In this document: positions 8,728 to 17,393 of the stretch, in pieces
Layout of the letters: each line of letters opens with the position of its first letter
Position numbering within the stretch: position 1 is the first letter of the stretch
From: Vicinamibacteria bacterium
GTDB lineage: Bacteria > Acidobacteriota > Vicinamibacteria > Vicinamibacterales > UBA8438
Length of the DNA stretch: 64,000 nt
Assembly (NCBI GenBank): GCA_022820825.1
Contig: JAJEEU010000075.1
Coordinates: 21,723-85,722 of the forward strand
Reading direction: 5' to 3'
Position numbers and translations under genes: made by a program
The notes under the pieces: model-generated
Told to the model about the DNA's origin: nothing
Seen by the model: the letters and a program-made list of their open reading frames with translations, nothing else
The model's database searches: none

Positions 8728-9192
8728 AAGCTGCGCGCCGATCTGGTCAAAGCGAAGGGGCGCACGGTATTCGCGCCGGCGACCGGCGCCGGATGGGGAG
8801 CGGGAGCGCACGCCGCGCCGCAGAAAGATTACAGGGCGTCCCGTTACGGTATCGAGCCGCGGCCGGCTACCGTGGAGCTGCGGCGCGACGTGGAGCGTTC
8901 CATCCTGAGCGCGTGCGGGATACCGCCGATCCTGCTCAACCATGCCGCGGCCGGCGCGGCGTTCCGGGAGGGCTGGCGGCTGTTCTACAGCAACACACTC
9001 GAGCCGCTGGCCGCGCTGATGGCCGACCAGCTCTCTGAGTCGCTCGGCACGCGCGTGACGCTCGACATGCACCGCGCCCGGGCGTCGGACATTGGCACGC
9101 TGGCGCGGGCGTACGCGACGCTTCGGCGGGCGCCGGGGGAGGGCGCGGCCGGCATGGACGACGCTGCCGCGCGGGCTGTCGTGGGGCTACAG
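8728..9192 (+). pseudogene. phage portal protein, C-terminal remnant (5'-truncated)
   Basis: The translation ...YRASRYGIEPRPATVELRRDVERSILSACGIPPILLNH...REGWRLFYSNTLEPLAALMADQL... resembles the conserved C-terminal part of HK97/lambda-type portal proteins. The N-terminal approximately two-thirds of a portal protein is absent. Confidence 0.55.
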
Positions 9193-9314
9193 CAGTTCGG
9201 CGGCGGCTCGCACAACTCTCAGGCCGCCGCGGGCGCTGACGGGCTTGCCACCGGGCGGCGCTACGTCAGGCGGGTTGGTCCGCTCGCCAGCGGGCCGGCC
9301 CGCCGTCCGATGTC

Positions 9315-9836
9315 ATGCCAGCAAAGTTCGCTGGTAAGTGGGGAACCGGCAAGGCGTTCAAGGCGTCTCCAGTACGCGATCGTCTCGTCAAGATGGTCGC
9401 CCGCGAGCCCGGCATCAGTCAGGCTGAGGCCGCCCGGCGACTCAGCCGGGACATCAGCAGCACAGTGACGATTGCAGTGCGGCGCGGCGCGCTGCGGCTC
9501 GATCGGCACTACGCGTACGCGCTGTTTCCCGCGACCGCTGACAACCGGCCGATCAACGGCGACGCTCCTCGGCCGAGTCCCGCGATGCTGCCGTGGCGTC
9601 AGCGCGACGTGCTCGAGCTAATGACCGACGCCGGCGCCGAGCCCGCCATCAATGAGATCGCCGACTTGGTGCGCCAGCGGGAGCCGTCAACTACGTATCC
9701 GGCGGTCCGCGGTGCCGTCGTCAACCTGCACGACCGGCACTGTCTCAAGCGCCGGCCGCACCGTGGGCGTTACCTGTACCGCCCGGTCAGAAACGCGCTG
9801 CAGCGGCTCGACGTGCTGGACGATCCCGACTGGTAG
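9315..9836 (+). CDS. hypothetical protein with two winged-helix-like DNA-binding segments
   Basis: Two HTH-like stretches are present (REPGISQAEAARRLSRDISSTVTIAVRRG and AEPAINEIADLVRQREPSTTYPAVRGAVVNL). The start is uncertain, at ATG 9315 or ATG 9393. Confidence 0.4.
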   Translation: MPAKFAGKWGTGKAFKASPVRDRLVKMVAREPGISQAEAARRLSRDISSTVTIAVRRGALRLDRHYAYALFPATADNRPINGDAPRPSPAMLPWRQRDVLELMTDAGAEPAINEIADLVRQREPSTTYPAVRGAVVNLHDRHCLKRRPHRGRYLYRPVRNALQRLDVLDDPDW

Positions 9837-9838
9837 GC

Positions 9839-10012
9839 TCAGCGCGCGCTACCCCTACCGATCACGCCGCCGGCGCCGGGCGGAAGCGGCTGTCTCTCCG
9901 GTAGCTCTGCGTGCGCCTTGCCGATTGCCATGCCGAGACGATGCTTCGTTTCGGGCGGCAACTCGTCGTAGCGCGCGGCTAGTTCAATCAGCTTCTGCTT
10001 GGTGGTCGGCAT
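9839..10012 (-). CDS. small hypothetical protein (57 aa)
   Basis: ATG at 10012. Sequence MPTTKQKLIELAARYDELPPETKHRLGMAIGKAHAEL... Convergent with the wHTH gene and divergent from the DUF3800 gene. There is no other support. Confidence 0.25.
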   Translation of the reverse strand: MPTTKQKLIELAARYDELPPETKHRLGMAIGKAHAELPERQPLPPGAGGVIGRGSAR

Positions 10013-10136
10013 GGCCGGCAACGATAGCACGCCAGAGCAACGCTCGTAAGCTACTGAGTGTTCAGTCCAGTAAGGACACCGGGGAGCGGGTCTGGGAGTC
10101 GGAGGAGCGCACCACGACCCGTTGTAGGCTGTCGTT

Positions 10137-11012
10137 GTGGCTTGGTTCCTGTTCATCGACGAAAGCGGTCACGACCGCATCGCATCGCCCTACGAGGTGC
10201 TGGCCGGAGTGGCGATCCAGGATCGGGCGTTGCGCGAGGTCATCGGTAGGCTCCACGACGCCGAGATCGGTTCATTCGGCCGCCGTTACAGCGACGGACA
10301 CCGGGAGCTCAAGGGCTCCGTTCTGCTGAAGAGAAAGGTCTTTCGCCACCGGGATCTGAACGCCGATCTGGACCCTGCGGACGTCCCCACGCTAGCCCAA
10401 GCGGCTCTCGATGACGGCACCGGGGCCGACGCCCCCATGCTGAAGGCCCTGGCCTTGGCGAAGCTCAACTATGTCGCCTCGGTCTTCGATATCTGCGGCC
10501 GGTTCGACTGTCGCGCGTTCGCCAGCATCGTCGAGACCGACGCCCATCCGACGGCGGGTGGCGGCCTGCGAAAGGACTACGCCTATCTGTTCGAGAGGTT
10601 CTTCTACTTTCTGGAGGACAACACCGCCGGGGAGCAGGGAGTCGTGGTGTTCGACGAGCTTGAGAAATCGAAGAGCCACCTGCTGATCGACCAGATGCAC
10701 CGATACTTCGCGCAGACGGCGGTAGGCCGGCACCGCGCGAGCCGCATCATCCCCGAGCCTTTCTTCGTGCACAGCGACCTTACCACCGGCGTGCAGATCG
10801 CCGATCTCGTCGCCTACGTCATCTCCTGGGGCTTTCGCATGCCTCGAATGACCAAGCCCGCCAGGGAGGAGTTGTCAGGATTTGCGAACCAGATCGCCCG
10901 ACTGCGGTACCGGGCGGTCCGCGAGCGGCTTGGCAATCCTGAATTCGAGATCTGGAGCTTCGCGCACATCACTGACATGCGGACGCAAGCCGAACGCGAG
11001 GAGGGAGTGTGA
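10137..11012 (+). CDS. DUF3800-family protein
   Basis: N-terminal FIDESG motif within the first 10 residues, length of ~290 aa, and C-terminal ...VQIADLVAY... are characteristic of DUF3800. GTG start. Locally lower GC. Confidence 0.65.
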   Translation: MAWFLFIDESGHDRIASPYEVLAGVAIQDRALREVIGRLHDAEIGSFGRRYSDGHRELKGSVLLKRKVFRHRDLNADLDPADVPTLAQAALDDGTGADAPMLKALALAKLNYVASVFDICGRFDCRAFASIVETDAHPTAGGGLRKDYAYLFERFFYFLEDNTAGEQGVVVFDELEKSKSHLLIDQMHRYFAQTAVGRHRASRIIPEPFFVHSDLTTGVQIADLVAYVISWGFRMPRMTKPAREELSGFANQIARLRYRAVRERLGNPEFEIWSFAHITDMRTQAEREEGV

Positions 11013-11317
11013 GGAAAGAAAAAAGGCAATGAAGCGCCGAAGCGCCCCAAAGCCTCCACTGGAAATCATGCTTCCGTCCTCGGAGGATGTCAAGCCGCGT
11101 TACCCTCTCCCGATGACGAAACTCGTATCGATCCCGTTTCGCAGGTCGCAGATCCCCTCGTCCGATTCCTCGGTATTGGCGGTCGAGATGTAGTCATCGT
11201 AACAACCGCCATCGTTGTGCACGACGGCAACGACGGCTAGAATGTCCCGGACCGCTGTTCTTGCCTTGGGACGGTTTCTGTCTTGACTCGCAATTCGCGT
11301 CTTCCCCGGAGTCGAAT

Positions 11318-11791
11318 GTGCCGCGCTTCTGGTTGATGAAATGCGAGCCGTCGGCGTACGCCATCGACGATCTCGCGCGCGACGGACGAACGTGCTGGGA
11401 AGGTGTGCGCAACTACCAGGCGCGCAATACCATGCGCGACGACATGCGCGTGGGTGACGGCGTGCTGTTCTATGCCTCCAATGCAGACCCCGCGGGTGTC
11501 ACGGGCTTGGCGAGAGTATGCCGGGAGGGGTATCCGGACCACTACGCATGGGAGCCCGGGCACCACTACTTCGACGCCCGCAGCACCGCGGAGAAGCCCG
11601 TCTGGTACATGGTGGACATCGAGTTCGTGGAGCGGTTCCCCGGCACGGTCGGGCTGGCCACGCTGAAGGCGACGGCCGGCCTGGAGAAGATGATGGTCGT
11701 GCAGAAGGGGAGCCGGCTGTCGGTCCAGCCGGTGACGCCCGAGGAGTTCGACATCGTCGTCCGGCTGGGCCGCGAGACGCAACCCGGCTAG
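11318..11791 (+). CDS. EVE (PUA-like) domain protein
   Basis: FWLMKCEPSAYAIDDL...WEGVRNYQARNTMRDDMRVGDGVLFYAS... is the typical EVE-domain N-terminus. GTG at 11318 was chosen so that the conserved WLMK.EP stretch is included. Confidence 0.8.
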   Translation: MPRFWLMKCEPSAYAIDDLARDGRTCWEGVRNYQARNTMRDDMRVGDGVLFYASNADPAGVTGLARVCREGYPDHYAWEPGHHYFDARSTAEKPVWYMVDIEFVERFPGTVGLATLKATAGLEKMMVVQKGSRLSVQPVTPEEFDIVVRLGRETQPG

Positions 11792-11798
11792 CGGCACT

Positions 11799-13655
11799 TC
11801 ACGACGCTGCCGTCGACTCTTCCGAATCCTCCACGACGGTGTTGTCCGGTGCGCCGGCCGCGCCATGCTCGCGCAGGACGCGCAGGAATATCTCGCCGTA
11901 GCGTTCCAGCTTGCGCGCGCCGACCCCGGAGAGTTCGCTCATCTCGTCGAGCGTCCGTGGCCGGATCTTGGCCATCGCCGCAAGCGTCGCGTCGTGGAAG
12001 ATCACGTACGGCGGTACGCCCTGCTCCTGCGCCAGCTCACGCCGGCGTGCGCGCAAGGCATCGAACAGCCCCGGCGGGCCTGCGCCGACGGCTTTGGCCG
12101 CCTGCTTCTTGCGCCGCGCCGGGGACGGCAGCGCATCACGCCGCAGCTCCACCGTGACGCCGCCGCGCACCACGCTCCGCGCCGCGGGGGTGAGGCTCAG
12201 AGAGCCGTAGCCGTCGATGTCCACGGTGAGCAGGCCGCGCGCGACGAGCTGGCGGATCACCGACCGCCACTGGCGGGCGTCGAGCTCGGCGCCAGCGCCG
12301 AAGATCGGCAGGCGATCGTGGCCGAAACGCCCCATGCGCTCGTCGCCCTTGCCGCGCAGCACGTCCACGACGTAGCCGGCGCCGAACCGCTGGCCGGTCC
12401 GGTACACGCAGGACAGCGCCTTGCGGGCCGCCTCGGTCGCGTCCCATGACTCGGGCGGGTCCAGGCAGTTGTCGCAATTGCCGCACGGTTCGGCCAGTGT
12501 TTCGCCGAAGTAGGCCAGCAACGCCTGCCGGCGGCACGTGGTCAGCTCGCAGTAGCCGAGCATGGCGTCGAGCTTGCGGATCTCGAGCCGCTTGCGTTCG
12601 GCGGCGGCTTCCGAGCCGTCCACCATCTGCCGCAGCATGATCACGTCCTGCAGCCCGTACGCCATCCAGGCAGTAGCCGGCAGGCCGTCACGGCCGGCGC
12701 GGCCGGTCTCCTGGTAGTACGCCTCCAGGCTCTTCGGAAGGTTGAGGTGGGCGACGAACCGCACGTCCGGCTTGTCGATCCCCATCCCGAAGGCGATGGT
12801 CGCCACCATGACCACGCCCTCTCCGCGGACGAACCGGTCCTGGTGCGCTTCCCGGTCCCGGGCGTTCATGCCGGCGTGATAGGCGAGCGCATCCACGCCG
12901 CGCCCGCGGAGCCACTCCGCGGTCTCGTCCACGCTGCGCCGCGACAGGCAGTACACGATGCCGGCGTCGCCGCGGTGCTCCGTGTCGATTATTCTCGCGA
13001 GCTGGTCGCGGGGACCGGCCTTGGGCGCGACGCGGTACTGGATGTTCGGGCGGTCGAAGCCGCTCACGAACCAGCGTGCGCCGGTCAGGCCCAGCCTTGC
13101 CGCGATCTCCCGCCGCGTCGTCTCGTCCGCGGTTGCGGTCAGGGCCATGCGCGGAACGGCGGGGAAGCGCTCGCGCAAGACCGACAGCTCGAGGTACTCG
13201 GGGCGGAAGTCGTGACCCCACTGCGATACGCAGTGCGCCTCGTCGATGGCGAACAGGGCGGTGTCGATCGCGCCCAGCAGCGCCAGCGTCCTGTCGCCGA
13301 GGAGCCGCTCCGGTGCGACGTACAGCAGGTCGATACGGCCTGTCCGCAACCGGTTTTCGACATCGAGAACCTCGCCGTACGACAGCGTCGAGTTCAGGTA
13401 TGCGGCGCGCACGCCGGCCTGGAGCAGCGCGTCGACCTGGTCGCGCATCAACGCGATGAGCGGCGAGACGACCACCGCGGTACCGCTGCGCATGAGGGCG
13501 GGAATCTGGTAGCAGAGAGACTTGCCGCCGCCGGTGGGCATCAGCACCAGGCTGTCGCCGCCGGATACGGCATGTTCGATAACCGCCTCCTGCTGCCCGC
13601 GGAAGCTGGAGTAGCCGAACACCCGCTCGAGGATCTGCCGAGCGCTGGAGGCCAT
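11799..13655 (-). CDS. recQ: ATP-dependent DNA helicase RecQ
   Basis: 618 aa. FRGQQ, helicase motif I (MPTGGGKS), DEAH box (DEAHCVSQWGHDFRP), the RecQ zinc-binding Cys cluster (C..C...CGNCDNC), and C-terminal RQC and HRDC-like regions. ATG at 13655. The 903-aa track ORF is over-extended. Confidence 0.95.
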   Translation of the reverse strand: MASSARQILERVFGYSSFRGQQEAVIEHAVSGGDSLVLMPTGGGKSLCYQIPALMRSGTAVVVSPLIALMRDQVDALLQAGVRAAYLNSTLSYGEVLDVENRLRTGRIDLLYVAPERLLGDRTLALLGAIDTALFAIDEAHCVSQWGHDFRPEYLELSVLRERFPAVPRMALTATADETTRREIAARLGLTGARWFVSGFDRPNIQYRVAPKAGPRDQLARIIDTEHRGDAGIVYCLSRRSVDETAEWLRGRGVDALAYHAGMNARDREAHQDRFVRGEGVVMVATIAFGMGIDKPDVRFVAHLNLPKSLEAYYQETGRAGRDGLPATAWMAYGLQDVIMLRQMVDGSEAAAERKRLEIRKLDAMLGYCELTTCRRQALLAYFGETLAEPCGNCDNCLDPPESWDATEAARKALSCVYRTGQRFGAGYVVDVLRGKGDERMGRFGHDRLPIFGAGAELDARQWRSVIRQLVARGLLTVDIDGYGSLSLTPAARSVVRGGVTVELRRDALPSPARRKKQAAKAVGAGPPGLFDALRARRRELAQEQGVPPYVIFHDATLAAMAKIRPRTLDEMSELSGVGARKLERYGEIFLRVLREHGAAGAPDNTVVEDSEESTAAS

Positions 13656-13739
13656 CCAGCCATCGTACAACGGCGCTGTTGTAAACTCGGTGTGCGTCCC
13701 GCCCGGGAATAACCGGTGACGGCGGGTTGCAGGTGAACT

Positions 13740-14534
13740 ATGACAATCAAGCACATGCTGCGCCGGGTCCGTCGCGCGTCCGCTGTAGCGCTGTTGGTGG
13801 CCGCGCCGTCCGCGGCGGCGGCCCAGACCGAGTTCCACATCCAGTACGGCTCGCTCGACAACCCGTTCACGGGGCAGGCGGAGCAGACCGTCATCCTCAC
13901 CTTCCAGCATGCGCTGTCCTGGAGCCTGGGCGACAGCTTCTTCTTCACCGACTTCCTCGACGACGTTTCCGTCGACGGATTCAACGACCGGGACTTCTAC
14001 GGCGAGTGGTACCCGACGCTGAGCCTCGGCAAGCTGGCCGGGCGCACGGTGGGCGCCGGCCCGCTGCGCGACATCGCCATCATCGGCGGCATCAACTTCG
14101 ACGGGGACGTGGACTTCTTCAAGTACCTGCCCGGCGTGCGGGCGTCCTGGGACGTCCCCGGCTTCTATTTCCTGAACACCGACGTGACTGCCTTCATCGA
14201 CGCCAACACCGGCCTCGAAAAGGGGGGCGGCGCGCCGAAGACCGGCAACAGCTGGATGTTCGACGTGAACTGGGGCTCCGCGATCAACGCCGGCAACCAG
14301 TCGTTCGTGTTCACCGGCCACGCGGAGTACATCGGCGGCACGACCGACGAGCTCGGCCGCGAGGTGAAGCCGTGGGTGCTGGCGCAGCCGCAATTCATGT
14401 GGGACGTCGGCAAGGCCGTGGCCAACCAGGCGAACCAGATCTTCCTCGGTATCGAGTACCAGTACTGGCTGAACAAGCTCGGCACGGACGTGGACGAGAA
14501 CGCGGCGCAATTGTTGATTGTGTGGCGCCTCTAG
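13740..14534 (+). CDS. Tsx/OmpK-like nucleoside-specific outer-membrane channel
   Basis: Signal peptide (ALLVAAPSAAAAQ), alternating beta-strand pattern, and a C-terminal ...GIEYQYWLNKLG...LLIVWRL typical of the Tsx family. Confidence 0.65.
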   Translation: MTIKHMLRRVRRASAVALLVAAPSAAAAQTEFHIQYGSLDNPFTGQAEQTVILTFQHALSWSLGDSFFFTDFLDDVSVDGFNDRDFYGEWYPTLSLGKLAGRTVGAGPLRDIAIIGGINFDGDVDFFKYLPGVRASWDVPGFYFLNTDVTAFIDANTGLEKGGGAPKTGNSWMFDVNWGSAINAGNQSFVFTGHAEYIGGTTDELGREVKPWVLAQPQFMWDVGKAVANQANQIFLGIEYQYWLNKLGTDVDENAAQLLIVWRL

Positions 14535-14574
14535 GCGCCGGGCCCGGCGGCTGTGCGGGCAGGAGACTCCGGTC

Positions 14575-16029
14575 GTGGAATTCGACGCATATGCGTTCGA
14601 CGACGGCGTCTACGACGAGATGTTCCAGGCGGCGGGTGCGCCGCGCCCGCACTGCCGCAATCTCCACGACTGGCTGCTCCGGCTCTCGGCCGAGGAGATC
14701 GGCGGGATACAGGAATGGGTGACCCGCTCGTTCCTGAACGAAGGCATCACGTTCACCGTCTACGGTGAAGGCGAGGCGGACGAGCGGATCATCCCCATCG
14801 ACTGCCTGCCGCGCATCGTTTCCGCGGCCGACTGGCGGCTCATCGAGAGCGGCCTGGAGCAGCGGATCCTCGCCCTCAACCGGTTCCTGGCCGACGTCTA
14901 CGGCGAGGGGCGCATCGTCGAGGACGGCGTCGTCCCGGCCGACATGGTGTACGGCTGCCCGCAGTACCGCCGCGAGATGCGCGGCGTCCAGCCCGCCCAC
15001 GGCACGTGGGTTTCCGTGTGCGGCACCGACATCGTCCGCACGAACGACGGCTTCTACGTGCTGGAGGACAACCTGCGCGTGCCGTCGGGGGTGTCGTACA
15101 TGATCGCCAACCGCAAGGCGATGAAGTCGAGCCTGCGGCGCCTGTACCGGCTGTGCCGCGTGCGCGAGGTGGAAGACTACGGCCGGCGGTTGCTGCAGAC
15201 ACTGCGCGAGGTCGCGCCGGAGGGCTGCACCGATCCGGCGGTGGTCGTGCTGACGCCCGGCGTCGGCAACGCAGCCTTCTACGAGCACATGTTCCTGGCC
15301 CACGAGCTGGGCGCGGAGCTGGTCGAAGGGCGCGACCTGGTGGTGCGGGACGACGTCCTGTACATGAAGACCACCGAGGGCCTGCGCCGCATCGACGTCG
15401 TCTACCGGCGGATCGACGACGACTATCTCGACCCGCTCGCGTTTCGCGCCGATTCCGTGCTCGGCGTTCCGGGTCTGGTGGCCGCCCACCGCGCCGGCAA
15501 CGTGGCGCTGGCGAACGTGCCCGGAACGGGTGTGGCCGACGACAAGAGCAACTACGCTTTCGTGCCGGACATGATTCGCTACTACCTCGGCGAGGAGCCC
15601 ATCCTGGCCAACGTGCCGACGCATCTCTGCCGGCGGGCCGAAGATCTCGAGTATACGCTCGACAATCTCGAACATCTGGTGGTGAAGGAGGTGGGCGGCG
15701 CGGGCGGCTACGGCATGCTCGTGGGCCCGCACGCGACGCCCGCCGAGCGCCAGGCGTACGCCGAGCGGTTGCGGGCCGCCCCGGCCGGCTTCATTGCCCA
15801 GCCGGTGCTCGCGCTTTCGCGCGCCCCGTGCGTGGTGGATGGGCGGTCGGAGCCGCGCCACGTCGATCTGCGTCCCTATGTGCTGCGCGGGAGCGAGACG
15901 CGCATCGTGCCGGGCGCGTTCTGCCGCGTTGCGTTGCGCCGCGGCAGTCTCGTCGTGAATTCCAGCCAGGGCGGCGGCGGCAAGGACCTCTGGGTGCTGT
16001 CGGACCAGGAGCCCGATGCTGTCGCGTAG
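14575..16029 (+). CDS. circularly permuted ATP-grasp (type 2) family protein
   Basis: About 480 aa with ...YDEMF...RP, ...GITF..., ...DG.YVLEDNLR.PSG.SY... and ...NSSQGGG.KD.WV, as in the DUF404/DUF407-type cpATP-grasp family. GTG at 14575 has AGGAG 9 nt upstream. Confidence 0.85.
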   Translation: MEFDAYAFDDGVYDEMFQAAGAPRPHCRNLHDWLLRLSAEEIGGIQEWVTRSFLNEGITFTVYGEGEADERIIPIDCLPRIVSAADWRLIESGLEQRILALNRFLADVYGEGRIVEDGVVPADMVYGCPQYRREMRGVQPAHGTWVSVCGTDIVRTNDGFYVLEDNLRVPSGVSYMIANRKAMKSSLRRLYRLCRVREVEDYGRRLLQTLREVAPEGCTDPAVVVLTPGVGNAAFYEHMFLAHELGAELVEGRDLVVRDDVLYMKTTEGLRRIDVVYRRIDDDYLDPLAFRADSVLGVPGLVAAHRAGNVALANVPGTGVADDKSNYAFVPDMIRYYLGEEPILANVPTHLCRRAEDLEYTLDNLEHLVVKEVGGAGGYGMLVGPHATPAERQAYAERLRAAPAGFIAQPVLALSRAPCVVDGRSEPRHVDLRPYVLRGSETRIVPGAFCRVALRRGSLVVNSSQGGGGKDLWVLSDQEPDAVA

Positions 16030-16990
16030 CGCAGAGGGCCTGTACTGGATGGGCCGCTACTTCGAGCGGACCGGCCATCTGTGCCGGCTCCTCCGCTGGC
16101 AGGTCGAGTCACTGGTGGACCGGCCGATTCGGGAAATCCACTTCGGCTGGTACCGCATCTACGGCAGCCTCGGAAGGCCGATTCCGGGCGCCGACGCCGA
16201 GCTGGTCGGCGGCGATGACGACTTCATGCTCGTCGATTCGTTCGCCCTCGCCGACGATCTCACGTTCGAGCGTTCCAACGTCGACTCGGTCTGGAGCGGC
16301 TTCACGCTCGGGCGCGAGAACGCGCGGCAAATGCGGCACTACCTGAGCGCCGAGGTCTGGACGAACCTGAATCAGGCGTACCTGAAGTTCCGCGACCTGC
16401 GTATCGAGGACATCTGGAAGACCGCTCCGGAGTCGTTCTACGAGGCGCTCGGCTACGACATCGACGCGCTGGCCGGCGCCGCGGACACGACGATGTACCA
16501 CGACGATGCGTGGCGCTTCATGCGCATCGGCTGCTTCATCGAGCGCGCACAGTTGACGATTTCACTGATCCTCGCACACGTTGCGGCGACGCGGCGGACC
16601 GGCGAGTCGCTCAACGACGACTGGTCGAGCCTGCTGCGGGTCTGTCAGGCGCTCGACGTGTACCGGCGGCGGTACGGAGTGACGATTCGACCCGACCGCG
16701 TGCTCGATTTGCTGGTGACCGACGAGCGCTTGCCGCGGTCGCTCACGCGCGGGATGGACGCCGTTGCGGAAGAGTTGGCCACCATCAAGGCGGGTCCGGG
16801 GCCGGCGGCGGAAGCGCTGCGTCTGGCCCGGTCGCTGGCCGAGACCATTCGTGGCGACTGGCCGGTGCGGCCGGACCTGGACCTCCGCGAGCGCGTCCTG
16901 GACGAATTGCGGCAGGCGTGCCGCAAGTTGCACCGGCTGATCGTCGCGGCGTACGTCGATTACCCCGTGAAAGACCGGCCGTCCAACTAA
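16016..16990 (+). CDS. alpha-E domain protein (DUF403)
   Basis: The N-terminus MLSRSAEGLYWMGRYFERT is the hallmark of alpha-E proteins that follow cpATP-grasp genes. It overlaps the upstream gene by 14 nt. Confidence 0.85.
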   Translation: MLSRSAEGLYWMGRYFERTGHLCRLLRWQVESLVDRPIREIHFGWYRIYGSLGRPIPGADAELVGGDDDFMLVDSFALADDLTFERSNVDSVWSGFTLGRENARQMRHYLSAEVWTNLNQAYLKFRDLRIEDIWKTAPESFYEALGYDIDALAGAADTTMYHDDAWRFMRIGCFIERAQLTISLILAHVAATRRTGESLNDDWSSLLRVCQALDVYRRRYGVTIRPDRVLDLLVTDERLPRSLTRGMDAVAEELATIKAGPGPAAEALRLARSLAETIRGDWPVRPDLDLRERVLDELRQACRKLHRLIVAAYVDYPVKDRPSN

Positions 16991-17030
16991 ACCGGCGCCG
17001 CGCGGTACGGGCCGCGCCGACCGGCCGGTG

Positions 17031-17375
17031 TCAGAGCGCGTTCAGGGCGCTCTGACGCGTGTCCCGGATCGGAATGATGCGGTCGAACCCGCTGATCTGG
17101 AACACTTCCTTGATGTGGTCCTTCATCGAGCAGAGAGCGATGGCGCCCTTGTGGATCTTGAGGGTCTTTGCGGCAATAAGCAGTACGCGCAAGCCGGAGC
17201 TGCTGATGAAGTCCAGGCGGCTGAAGTCGACAATGACCTGATGCTCGCCAGCGCCGATGCGCTCCGTGACGAGCGACTCGAACGCGCGCGCGTTGCCGCT
17301 GTCGATCCGCCCCGCCGGAATCAACACCAGCGCGTTCTCTTCCCGTTCCTCCGCAACTTCGATGTCGCTCGCCAC
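17031..17375 (-). CDS. STAS-domain anti-sigma-factor antagonist (RsbV/SpoIIAA-like)
   Basis: 114 aa. The phosphorylatable-Ser context DFSRLDFISSSGLRVL is present. GTG start with GAGGAG upstream. Confidence 0.85.
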   Translation of the reverse strand: MASDIEVAEEREENALVLIPAGRIDSGNARAFESLVTERIGAGEHQVIVDFSRLDFISSSGLRVLLIAAKTLKIHKGAIALCSMKDHIKEVFQISGFDRIIPIRDTRQSALNAL

Positions 17376-17393
17376 GAATCGCTCCTCGGTTGC

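Noticed and set aside
11161-11182. TCCGATTCCTCGGTATTGGCGG as a possible degenerate attR copy of the tRNA-Phe 3' end (TTCGATTCTGGCCCTCGGCACCA).
   Set aside because: The match needs a 5-nt gap and several mismatches, so it is not distinguishable from chance by eye. It is kept only as a hint for the right boundary of the islet.
13666-13683. Palindrome TACAAC-N6-GTTGTA just upstream of recQ, as a possible LexA/SOS box.
   Set aside because: It does not match any LexA consensus I can name with confidence, and it is a single occurrence in the window. It could equally be an incidental 6-bp inverted repeat.
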